A DNA stretch of 64,000 nt from Campylobacterales bacterium. Its GTDB lineage: Bacteria; Campylobacterota; Campylobacteria; Campylobacterales; Sulfurovaceae. Shown here in pieces: positions 48,597 through 57,397 of the stretch. The position numbers and the translations under genes were made by a program. The DNA is taken from contig JACXUM010000003.1 in the NCBI GenBank assembly GCA_014763895.1, positions 13,429-77,428 of the forward strand. The letters are read 5' to 3'. The notes beneath the pieces are model-generated. The model saw only the letters and a list, made by a program, of their open reading frames with translations, had not been told where the DNA came from and did not search any database. Every line of letters starts with the position of its first letter. The first letter of the stretch is position 1.

Positions 48597-49876
48597 TCTT
48601 TGGAAAGCCTTTCATAGTAATCCACCACCCTGCTATCGACATGGATGATACGTCTGAGGTATTGCGTCAGATCCCCTTTATTAAAGTCGATACGCAGTTT
48701 TTTGGGGTCTATCGCCCTTGAGATCGCGACATAAAACTGGCTGGGTGCAAAGATGTGATCCACATTGCAAACCAGGTTGTCGATGCTCATACCCTGACTT
48801 TTGTGTATCGTCACCGCATAGGCAAGCTTCAGGGGAAACTGCGAAAGCGTTGCTAGGGCGATACTCTCTATTGTACCGTCCTCTTTTACCGCCATATCAA
48901 GAAGGTCAAAGTCATGGCGTTCCACTCTCACAAACTCCTCTTCCTTTTCAACGATCAGGTAGTCATCTTCTATCTTTGTGAGTATCCCTCTCTCCCCGTT
49001 GACGAATTTACCCCATTTGTTGACCGTAAAGAGTACGGGAACCCCCTCTTTGAGTGTCAGATGCTCTGAGATAGGCAGCATTGCCTTCCAGCCCGAAAGC
49101 TTCTTTTCGTGGACATTGCCGTGCATCGTCAGATCGGCAAAGAGGATCGTCTCTTCGGTATCAAGCTGGTTGATCCTCGCTCGGTTGGTCTGTTCGACTT
49201 CAACATTACGCCCAAAAAGATAGGTCGGTTCTTCCTGCGGCATCGGGGTATTCCACAGCCGCTGCATATAGGTAATGACCTCATCGTCACACATCCCCCT
49301 GCGTACTTTGTTGAGGATATGGGTAAACTCCGCATCCTGCGTACGCTTCATCACTGTCAGTTCTATGACCGTAAGCTCAAAGGCATCCCATGCACTGCTC
49401 TCGAAGGCATAAAGACGCTCTGAAAAAAGATGAGAGGACGGTGTGCTTTTCTGCACCGGAGGAAGCTGGAAAAAGTCCCCTACAAAAAGTACTTTGCCAA
49501 GATAGCCGTAATGGTTCAGCCGATAGGCGATCATATCCATCAGGTCGGCACTGACCATCGAGATCTCGTCGATGATGATCAGGTCGGTGGCTTTAAGGAC
49601 TTTTTTTAGATCACTGAGACGCTTTTTGGCATGCCTGTCATGTGCGGCAAGTTCTTCAAAGTTCGAAGCGATCCCAAAAACGAAAAAGCTGTGCACCGTA
49701 AATCCGCCGATGTTGACCGCACTCACCCCCGTAGAACCGAGTGAAACGACCTGCTTGCCACGTTTGCGGTAGTCGCTGATGACTTCGTTGGTAATATAGC
49801 TCTTCCCTACTCCTGCACCGCCTGTAAGGAATACGTTAGAGTGTTTGAGGGCTTCGAGTACGTCAGTTTTGTCCAT
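48593..49876 (-). CDS. PIF1/RecD-like SF1 DNA helicase
   Basis: 427 aa; Walker A GGAGVGKSY, IIIDEISMV, GDFFQLPPV, VTIHKSQGMS motifs. Confidence 0.88.
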   Translation of the reverse strand: MDKTDVLEALKHSNVFLTGGAGVGKSYITNEVISDYRKRGKQVVSLGSTGVSAVNIGGFTVHSFFVFGIASNFEELAAHDRHAKKRLSDLKKVLKATDLIIIDEISMVSADLMDMIAYRLNHYGYLGKVLFVGDFFQLPPVQKSTPSSHLFSERLYAFESSAWDAFELTVIELTVMKRTQDAEFTHILNKVRRGMCDDEVITYMQRLWNTPMPQEEPTYLFGRNVEVEQTNRARINQLDTEETILFADLTMHGNVHEKKLSGWKAMLPISEHLTLKEGVPVLFTVNKWGKFVNGERGILTKIEDDYLIVEKEEEFVRVERHDFDLLDMAVKEDGTIESIALATLSQFPLKLAYAVTIHKSQGMSIDNLVCNVDHIFAPSQFYVAISRAIDPKKLRIDFNKGDLTQYLRRIIHVDSRVVDYYERLSKD

Positions 49877-49898
49877 GTTGCCCTCCTTTTGAACTCTG

Positions 49899-49925
49899 TT
49901 TGGCGTATTATACTCAAATTGTTTT
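49899..49925 (-). promoter_or_regulatory. helicase promoter, copy A of the shared 27-nt block
   Basis: Minus strand reads AAAACAATTTGAGTATAATACGCCAAA; the -10 TATAAT lies about 30 nt upstream of the ATG; 26/27 identical to 52975..53001. Confidence 0.55.
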
Positions 49926-49974
49926 ATGACACCTCCAGTAGTTTTTTCTTTACCGCCATAACTTCTTATAAAAA

Positions 49975-50195
49975 ATAGTAGGACATACTGTCAGATATTG
50001 CCTGAAATTGAACAAATAGTGGAACACCTTGTCCGAATATTGACTCATATCCGACAAAAAGGACATAAGCAATTTTTATCATTCTAAGTTACTTCATATA
50101 AAAACAGGAAGAATATGACAAATTGTAATATTTATTGAAATAGCCGGACATTTTTTGTATACTGCTAATACTTCAATAAAGGGTAGTGAGGACAT
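49975..50195. repeat. phased array of ATAGTNGGACAT-like repeats
   Basis: ATAGTAGGACAT 49975, ATAGTGGAACAC 50016, GGACAT 50061, ATAGCCGGACAT 50140, GTAGTGAGGACAT 50183; GGACAT starts are spaced 40/40/85/44 bp. Confidence 0.5.
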
Positions 50196-50223
50196 TTGGC
50201 TTAATAAATCATAAAGGCATCAC

Positions 50224-50754
50224 ATGGGAAAAATATTACAAATAGCTCAACTAGGTCATCCCATACTGCAAGAGAGAGCCGAAGAGGTTACAGATATCTT
50301 TGATCCTTCCATTCAGTCATTGATCGATGATATGCTTACGACTACAGCAGATTCTAACGGTGTGGGATTGGCCGCTCCCCAGGTTTACGAGTTAAAACGC
50401 ATCATCATCGTTTCATCTCATCCGAATGCACGATATCCGTATGCGCCAAAGATGGAACCGACCGCCATGATCAATCCTGTGATTACCTGGGAGTCTGATG
50501 AACAAAATAAAGAGTGGGAAGGATGCCTGAGCATACCCGGCATAAGAGGCATGGTGCCCCGTTCAACAAAGATTAGAATAAAATATCTGGATAGGGATAG
50601 TCATGAGATTGAAACAGAATATGCCGATTTTATAGCGCGTGTCGTACAGCATGAATGCGATCATCTAAATGGCATCTCTTTTCTTGAAAGAGTTGAAAAT
50701 CCAAAGGAACTGGCTTCCGAAAAAGAATTTCTAAAGTCAATCGCAAAACGTTAG
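50224..50754 (+). CDS. def: peptide deformylase
   Basis: GVGLAAPQ, EGCLSIPG, QHECDHLNG motifs. Confidence 0.96.
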   Translation: MGKILQIAQLGHPILQERAEEVTDIFDPSIQSLIDDMLTTTADSNGVGLAAPQVYELKRIIIVSSHPNARYPYAPKMEPTAMINPVITWESDEQNKEWEGCLSIPGIRGMVPRSTKIRIKYLDRDSHEIETEYADFIARVVQHECDHLNGISFLERVENPKELASEKEFLKSIAKR

Positions 50755-50888
50755 AAAATGTATAAAATATAATGCCTTGCAAGTTTTGAAATGGATATAA
50801 AAGCAAAATGAACAATGGTAGTATTACTCCTAAAAGATACTCATTTGCTTTTTTTGATATTCCTGTCTTGGGATACCAAGATATCAGG

Positions 50889-51836
50889 CTACACTTTCGT
50901 TTTCTCAACCAGTTTCTTATCGGTCATGATCGCAAACGGGATCTGGATCATGTAAGCAAACATGATCGGCAAAAGCATCGAAACGCCGAAGGCTTTCATC
51001 GAGAAAGTTGAAAGAACCAGCGCAAGGGTGATGTAGCGTGTTGCACTGTGCCAGAACGCAGCCCTCTCCTGAGGCGAATCAAGATCAAAAACAAATCGTG
51101 CAGTCAGCAAATCAAGCACATAGAATACGATCACGGCCACAAGCGCTACCGCAATGAGCTCCGGTTCAAACTCAAAGATCTCGGTAAGATTCTGGGTGCT
51201 CTGCAGCCCGAAAAGGTAGAAGAGGATCACGAACATGCTTGCATTGCTGATATAGGTACGATACTTTTCGATGAAATCTGCAAGCGGCTTGATCAGGATG
51301 ACGACTCTGCTGGTGATAAAAGGGATGATGATCAGCAGTTCGATAACCAGTCTTGCGTAACTGCTCATGTTGTTCCTATCCTCAGTATAGAGCGTGGAAA
51401 AGAACGTTTCGGTGTAGATGCCAAAAAGGTGCAGCATCAAGAATGAAAGCGAAACAAGAAGCAGGTTGATAAAAAGGATCAGGAAACCAAGTGAAGTATC
51501 CCCGCCGGATTTTTTGATCCAGTACATTACCATGCCGCCCCCGCTTAGCACCGAAAGCAGAAAGAGCCCTGCGGCAATCCCGTAATCATGGGTGATCAGC
51601 CCGATGATAACAGCAAAGATCGGCAGCAGTACGAAGTTGAGAAAAAGGCTTTTTACGATGACGATGCGATGATGCCATACCAGTTTTACATCAGAGAGCT
51701 TCACTTTGAACAGGGAAGGCATGATCATCGTCAGACCTGCAAAAAGACAGATGTTTGAGCTAAAGATAAACCCGTCGGTGTTGAAACCATAAATAAACCC
51801 GAGCAGAGCGCCCAGCAGGACAATCAAGAGTTGCAT
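50889..51836 (-). CDS. SBF-like (bile acid:Na+ symporter / ACR3-type) membrane transporter
   Basis: 315 aa, about 9-10 TM; N-terminal layout resembles the BASS/ACR3 fold (weak, recalled). Confidence 0.45.
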   Translation of the reverse strand: MQLLIVLLGALLGFIYGFNTDGFIFSSNICLFAGLTMIMPSLFKVKLSDVKLVWHHRIVIVKSLFLNFVLLPIFAVIIGLITHDYGIAAGLFLLSVLSGGGMVMYWIKKSGGDTSLGFLILFINLLLVSLSFLMLHLFGIYTETFFSTLYTEDRNNMSSYARLVIELLIIIPFITSRVVILIKPLADFIEKYRTYISNASMFVILFYLFGLQSTQNLTEIFEFEPELIAVALVAVIVFYVLDLLTARFVFDLDSPQERAAFWHSATRYITLALVLSTFSMKAFGVSMLLPIMFAYMIQIPFAIMTDKKLVEKTKV

Positions 51837-51971
51837 TTTTTCCCTTTATTCGTAGAAATACTCCATTATAATTCAGTTTATCTTATGATTTGTTATAATT
51901 TATCACAAAAATTGATATTATGGCTTCACAACTGTTCCTATATCTCTCAATGTTAGATTGAAAAGCTGCTA

Positions 51972-52958
51972 TCATAACCCTGCTTGATCGATACGTCCGC
52001 GTTCACAGCGGGTAAACGCCCTTTTGCCTCTTTGAAACAGTGTTGAAAGATCATCGCTTCCGCTTCCTGCATAAAGCCAAAGTTCGGTGATCAACCCGCC
52101 TTTGCACTGCATTTGGAGATGATTGCCCGCTCCCATGCCAAATGCTCGGTTGAAAACATTTTTGACCTGTGCCAGGGTCACACTCTTGCCGATATTGGCT
52201 TCAAAGAACTTCCCGACTTCAGAGTCATTGACCTGCTTGACCAGCCCTACCGCATCACTAAAGTAGCCATCAGCATCCTTTCCGTAGCATGTCCCGTGCT
52301 TGATCCACTCATGACGATGCAGATAAGAGTCAACCCCCGGCATGATCTCTTCTAAAGCTTTTTTGAGCTCATCATTTTGCAATGGTTCTGGCAGTCCTCT
52401 CCACTCTCCTTTTCGGTCCAGCTCCTTCAGCGTATCAGATACGTTACAGTAAATCCTGTTTTTTGGCTGTGGCCACAGCCCGTGAAGCACGAAGTGGCGC
52501 TCCTCATAGCGGGAACGAAGCAGTGATCCGAAACTTCTTTTGCACTCTTTTTTGTACGGGTGCGTCTGGCAGAATGCGTTGTGCCAGCTTAGTACAAGAA
52601 GGTTGTCTTTTGAAACATTATCTGGCTGAGCGTTATTGTCATATTTTTTAGTATTTATCGGTGTTTCAGTATCTGTGGTTTTTGCATTACTCTGTTTGGC
52701 ATCACTTTTTTGAGCTTCAAAACATGCATCATCCACCCAACGCTGTGCCGGATTTTCACCCTTTATCAAGATCAGCGTCTGCCCTTTATGGCCGCTTTCG
52801 ATGATCGTATACTGGCGGGAGGTATCCAGATACACATCATGGGTGTTTTTGGTATGCTTGAGATTGTTGTATGCAGGACATGCTTGAGCAGGAGAGGCTT
52901 CATAACGGGCAAAGAGTGAAATAGTAAAAAGCAATGAAATGATAAAAAGTCTGTTCAT
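51972..52958 (-). CDS. ribonuclease T2-family protein with N-terminal extension, secreted
   Basis: Signal peptide; CAS I FVLHGLWPQ and CAS II HEWIKHGTC motifs; about 110-aa extra N-terminal region. Confidence 0.88.
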   Translation of the reverse strand: MNRLFIISLLFTISLFARYEASPAQACPAYNNLKHTKNTHDVYLDTSRQYTIIESGHKGQTLILIKGENPAQRWVDDACFEAQKSDAKQSNAKTTDTETPINTKKYDNNAQPDNVSKDNLLVLSWHNAFCQTHPYKKECKRSFGSLLRSRYEERHFVLHGLWPQPKNRIYCNVSDTLKELDRKGEWRGLPEPLQNDELKKALEEIMPGVDSYLHRHEWIKHGTCYGKDADGYFSDAVGLVKQVNDSEVGKFFEANIGKSVTLAQVKNVFNRAFGMGAGNHLQMQCKGGLITELWLYAGSGSDDLSTLFQRGKRAFTRCERGRIDQAGL

Positions 52959-52974
52959 CGATGGCCTAACTGTT

Positions 52975-53001
52975 TTTGGCGTATTATACTGAAATTGTTT
53001 T
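52975..53001 (-). promoter_or_regulatory. RNase T2 promoter, copy B of the shared 27-nt block
   Basis: Minus strand reads AAAACAATTTCAGTATAATACGCCAAA; the -10 lies about 25 nt upstream of the ATG. Confidence 0.55.
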
Positions 53002-53097
53002 TACCCCTCTAAATTTATTTTATATTGAAAAATATTTTTGTATACTTGAGATGATTAGTTGACACAGAATCTATGAGGTGGGGAAAGGGGGGAAGAA

Positions 53098-53779
53098 ATG
53101 TACGAAAAAAGACGGCTTGAAATCGACCATCGCATGATCAAATTGTTAATTGGAATCATTGCCATCACATTGGCAAATGCCACGAGCATTTTTTCCCACC
53201 ATACTATCCTCTCGATAAGTGAGTCCTATCATTATGGTGGTTGGGCCAGAGACGTATTTGTAGGCTCTCTATTCGCAATTGCCACATTTATGGCTGCCTA
53301 TAACGGTTTCTCGCAAACTGAAATGCTATTGAGCAAAGCTGCTGCTGTTGCAGCGCTGGGCGTTGCAATGTTTCCCTGTGAATGCGGTTTTCATGACGAA
53401 GTGATTCCAAAAGTACATGCTATATCCGCAGCCACGATGTTTCTCATCCTTGCACTACTTTGCTATGTATTTTATCAACGTGCTATGAAAAAAAAGAAAT
53501 GAAATGAATTATGAAAAGGCTGTTCGACGTGCCTGGATTTACATCGTTTGTGGTGTTTTGATCATTTTATCGATCATTACTTTGGTGGTAGACTATCTCC
53601 TCTCTGGGGCGATTAACAACAAGATCCCCCGATTGGTGTTCTACTGTGAGCGAACCGGCTTGATCGCGTTTGGCATCGCATGGCTATCCGCGAGTCACAT
53701 CTTTCCGTTCATAACAGATGATCAAGAAAGATGGTCACTGATTAAACCTTCTCATCAGAACAGCCAAAATAAGAACTAA
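53098..53779 (+). pseudogene. polytopic membrane protein split by a frameshift in an A8 run
   Basis: ORFs 53098..53502 and 53504..53779 are adjacent in different frames. A8 at 53488..53495; with A7 the reading is continuous (...YQRAMKKRNEMNYEKAVRRAWIYIV...), giving about 226 aa and 6 TM. Confidence 0.6.
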
Positions 53780-53912
53780 TTCAATATTTTATGATATTCA
53801 AGAAGATTCATAACCCCTAGCAACATAGAAGCGATTCGTAACCTTTAACTGATGGATGACCAAACAGACAATCAAATTGACTATTTTTTAATCAATGGGT
53901 CTCATTGACTTT

Positions 53913-53950
53913 TGTTATATAATTCGTTATATTTCGTATATCGTTATATA
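53913..53950 (+). promoter_or_regulatory. four tandem (C)GT(T)ATAT repeats upstream of tonB
   Basis: tGTTATATa, cGTTATATt, cGTATATc, cGTTATATa within 38 bp, 76-113 nt upstream of ATG 54026. Confidence 0.4.
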
Positions 53951-54025
53951 CTAAATTATACAACCAAAGAAATATTTTTAAATATTAATTATAGATGGTC
54001 ACACGAAGGGATACGGCACAAAAAG

Positions 54026-54778
54026 ATGACAATGAATCGCACAAAAACAGAAACCTTCGTCATACCGGTTCTTTCAAGCCTGCTGTTTCACGGTATTTTT
54101 GCCGCTCTCTTTTTATATTGGCAGCATGAGACCGTCACACCTGTCAAAAATCTCGGTGAATATATTATGAGCGGGATTCATTTTATCGAGACGTCCAAAA
54201 CTCCCAAAGAGCCTGAAATTGCCAAAGAGACAAAAGAGCCTCTCATACAGACACAGAAGCCTCTCACTGAAAAGATACAGCACGATCCGGTCAGCAAAAA
54301 GCCATCACTTCCACAAGTACAGGAAAGAGTGCCTCGGCAACAGATAAAAAGAGAAAAGACAAAAACAACGCAGCATCGATCACAACCCAAAACACAAACA
54401 AAAAGTCTTTCAAAAAACGCACCGACACAAAATACAAAAACAACCGGCTCGTCCCCTCGATCAATTTCCAAAACAAACCCATCCGCAAAAGGCAGGGTGG
54501 ACCTTTATCTGACAAAAGTACGAAGCAGAATACAAAACTCCGTCAGATACCCTATTTTGGCTAAACGTTCGGGTATGGAGGGTCTGACAGTACTTAGGTT
54601 TATCATCTCCAAATCCGGCACGGTAGACTCAAATTCTATCACTATCCAAAAGACAAGTGGGAACAGGCTGTTGGATAAGGAAGCGATGCATGCCCTTCTT
54701 AGAGCAATGCCGTTTGATATCCCGCCAAAAACCGACATGAATGTCATCGTACCCATTGCATTTAAGATCAAATCATAA
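54026..54778 (+). CDS. tonB: TonB-family energy transducer
   Basis: Trimmed to MTMNRTK; single TM with SSLLFHG, K/T/Q/P-rich spacer, C-terminal YPILAKRSGMEGLTVLRFIISKSG TonB_C domain. Confidence 0.85.
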   Translation: MTMNRTKTETFVIPVLSSLLFHGIFAALFLYWQHETVTPVKNLGEYIMSGIHFIETSKTPKEPEIAKETKEPLIQTQKPLTEKIQHDPVSKKPSLPQVQERVPRQQIKREKTKTTQHRSQPKTQTKSLSKNAPTQNTKTTGSSPRSISKTNPSAKGRVDLYLTKVRSRIQNSVRYPILAKRSGMEGLTVLRFIISKSGTVDSNSITIQKTSGNRLLDKEAMHALLRAMPFDIPPKTDMNVIVPIAFKIKS

Positions 54779-54962
54779 GGAGCCGTTTTGAAACGCCATC
54801 ATTGTTTTCAAGAAAAGGACAAATCTACATCATTTTGCAGGCTGTTCTGCTTTTGTCGAGTTCCGAACAAGGCCAAAATTGAAACCACAGTAAAAGGCAA
54901 GGAGTAAAAACCATGTAAAAAAAGAAGGGAAGGAATATGGGAATGAGAATAAGATTTGCATA

Positions 54963-54985
54963 CCGTTATATAAAAAAATATATAA
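54963..54985 (+). promoter_or_regulatory. CCGTTATATA motif and inverted repeat upstream of the receptor gene
   Basis: CCGTTATATA (54963..54972); TTATATA-N6-TATATAA (54966..54985), 20-40 nt upstream of ATG 55005. Confidence 0.35.
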
Positions 54986-55004
54986 ATAAAAAAGGGGAGA
55001 AAAA

Positions 55005-57236
55005 ATGAACAAAAATATAGCCATCACGCTCAGTATGATCGTTGCAAGCAATCTATTTGCAGAAAGTACCGCTGCGTATCAAATAGAGACTATCCGGGTT
55101 AGTGATTCCAACGCCACGCAAAACGGATTTGAACTTCAGAACAACCAAAATATCAATTCACAAAGCTACAATCAAAAAGCCATTGAACTGCTTGCGGGGC
55201 AATCCTATACAACACCTCTGCAGGTGATCGATATGTCGCCTTCGGTCAACTTTCAACCAGCAGATATCTTCGGTTCGAATGAAAGTTCTTTCCATGATCC
55301 TCTGCGTATCCGGGGTAAAAACCAATCCGGTCCCGGAGGGGTCATACTCTTAGAAGGAATTCCTATCAGCGGAAATCCCGGAGGCGGAAAAACAGCTATC
55401 GATATGGAAAATATTGCGGCTATCGATCTGTACAAAGGGTTTGTGCCTGTAGACAAAGGGTTGGGGTTTTCAAACCTTATCGGAAAAGTAGATCTGAGCG
55501 TTGAAAAACCCCGTAAGGAACAGACAACAACTTTCTCGCAGATGTTGGGAAGCAATGATGCAAAAAAAAGCTTTATCCGTTTTGATACAGGTCAGAAAGG
55601 CGACTGGGCTGCATTTGGTTCCCTATCCTATACTGAAGGTGACAAATGGAAAGGCAAAGGTGATTTGGAACGTAAAAACGGCATGCTAGGAATCACCTAT
55701 ACGCCAAATGACCATTTTAAAGCAGATATTTTTGCAATACGAAACAGTGATGATCATCATAGCTATTACGGATTGACTTACGATGAGGCCAAAGATATCG
55801 AACATCATTACAATAAAGACTGGAATAGTTATCCTACCAAAGGAAGTGCAAACTATTATGACTGGAATAAACAGAAATTTGATGATACCATTCTGGCCGG
55901 AAATCTTATCTATACTTTCAACGACGACTCCCTACTCTCATTCAAACCCTATTATCTCAAAGACAAGGGAGAGTACTGGTTTGCAAATGCCAAACAGAAC
56001 CGTGTCATTCAATGGCTTATCGATCATGATCTTTACGGTGCGGTTACCGAATATGAAAGAACGATTTTTGACACTGTCGAGATGAAACTGGGGTATTGGT
56101 ATGGAAGACAGCAACCGCCAGGACCTCCGGTAAGCCAAAGAAGATATACGATTGATGCATCCGGCTCTCTTGTCTTTAATGGCTGGAACATGCTTGCCAA
56201 AAACGGGTATCATGAGTTCAATTCGCCTTTTATCGAATTTAGCGGAGAGATCAATCGGTTTAGCTATGCGATCGGGGCGCGCTACCTTGATTTCAGGCTG
56301 GGATCGTTGCACAGCTATACCAACGGGACGAATGGCTCGACAAGTACGGATTATGGGACGGCTATTGAAGATGGTACACTGGACAGCTGGGCGAGTGTGA
56401 ATGCAAAAAAATTCAACAAAATCCTTCCAAGTATGTATTTTGCCTATCAAATTGACGACAGTACGGAGATTTATGCCGACTACACGAAAAGCTACGGTAT
56501 GGATGTAAACCTATTCCCAAGCTATGTCAGCAACAGGGCCAACTATGTACCAAATGTCACGCTGCAGCAGTTGTGGGACAAGCAGGAACTGGAACTTTCG
56601 GATAATTTTGATATCGGGATCAAATATACCCATAACGGTATTACCTATGCACCCAATTTATTTTTTACAAACGTGACAGACAAACAGGCAACGATCTTCG
56701 ATCCTCTTTTAAACGTCAAATACCCAAGCAACTGTGTCGATGCAAAAAGTTACGGTGCGGAATTTGCTCTAAGCGGAAATCTAAGCGATCAGTTGGAATT
56801 TATGGCAAGTGCAGCATATAATAAATACTATTACACCCAGAATTTGAAGACAAGTCCTACAGAAACAAGTACCATCAAAGGCAACCAAATTCCGGATACC
56901 CCTCTTTATACCTTTAAAGGTTCTCTTACCTATTCTCTTGAAGAGTGGAAAATTTCCCCGATCATTAAATACACTGCAAGCCGATACGGAAATGTAGACA
57001 ATACCCAGAAAATTCCTGGATATACGGTAGTCGATCTCAATGCACAATATCCGCTTCCAAAGATCATGGGCTCAAAAGAGAGTACACTTGATCTTCAGGT
57101 AACCAACCTCTTTGACAAAAAATACATCGGCTCCATCATCACACCGGACAATGCCCTTTCAGTAGATACAACACAACCATCCTATTTGGCCGGAATGCCA
57201 TTTGGTATCTATGCGACAATCAACATCAAATTTTAG
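55005..57236 (+). CDS. TonB-dependent outer-membrane receptor
   Basis: 743 aa; signal peptide, plug domain (LLEGIPISG...IDLYKG), long beta-barrel, terminal INIKF; contains intact A8 run (55562..55569). Confidence 0.9.
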   Translation: MNKNIAITLSMIVASNLFAESTAAYQIETIRVSDSNATQNGFELQNNQNINSQSYNQKAIELLAGQSYTTPLQVIDMSPSVNFQPADIFGSNESSFHDPLRIRGKNQSGPGGVILLEGIPISGNPGGGKTAIDMENIAAIDLYKGFVPVDKGLGFSNLIGKVDLSVEKPRKEQTTTFSQMLGSNDAKKSFIRFDTGQKGDWAAFGSLSYTEGDKWKGKGDLERKNGMLGITYTPNDHFKADIFAIRNSDDHHSYYGLTYDEAKDIEHHYNKDWNSYPTKGSANYYDWNKQKFDDTILAGNLIYTFNDDSLLSFKPYYLKDKGEYWFANAKQNRVIQWLIDHDLYGAVTEYERTIFDTVEMKLGYWYGRQQPPGPPVSQRRYTIDASGSLVFNGWNMLAKNGYHEFNSPFIEFSGEINRFSYAIGARYLDFRLGSLHSYTNGTNGSTSTDYGTAIEDGTLDSWASVNAKKFNKILPSMYFAYQIDDSTEIYADYTKSYGMDVNLFPSYVSNRANYVPNVTLQQLWDKQELELSDNFDIGIKYTHNGITYAPNLFFTNVTDKQATIFDPLLNVKYPSNCVDAKSYGAEFALSGNLSDQLEFMASAAYNKYYYTQNLKTSPTETSTIKGNQIPDTPLYTFKGSLTYSLEEWKISPIIKYTASRYGNVDNTQKIPGYTVVDLNAQYPLPKIMGSKESTLDLQVTNLFDKKYIGSIITPDNALSVDTTQPSYLAGMPFGIYATINIKF

Positions 57237-57285
57237 AAAACAATAGTCTGTTGATAGACTTTCACTTTAGACTTTGGAATACAGA

Positions 57286-57314
57286 CTATGCAAGAAATAT
57301 CTTGCATAGTTTTC
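57286..57314 (+). terminator. rho-independent terminator of the receptor gene
   Basis: CTATGCAAG-aaatat-CTTGCATAG followed by TTTTC. Confidence 0.8.
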
Positions 57315-57397
57315 TTTATCCACTGTTTTCATCTTCTTACTGCACCAAATGTTAAGAAGGTATTTTTCCGGCGGAGTAATAAAATATACAAAGCTCT

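Noticed and set aside
54830-55051. 73-aa minus-strand membrane-like ORF overlapping the receptor gene start.
   Set aside because: It overlaps the promoter, SD and start of a confidently called TonB-dependent receptor. There is no SD, and the hydrophobicity comes from the AT-rich antisense sequence.
57316-57324. DnaA-box-like TTATCCACT after the receptor terminator.
   Set aside because: It is a single 8/9 match with no clustered boxes or AT-rich unwinding element nearby. It is expected by chance in 64 kb.
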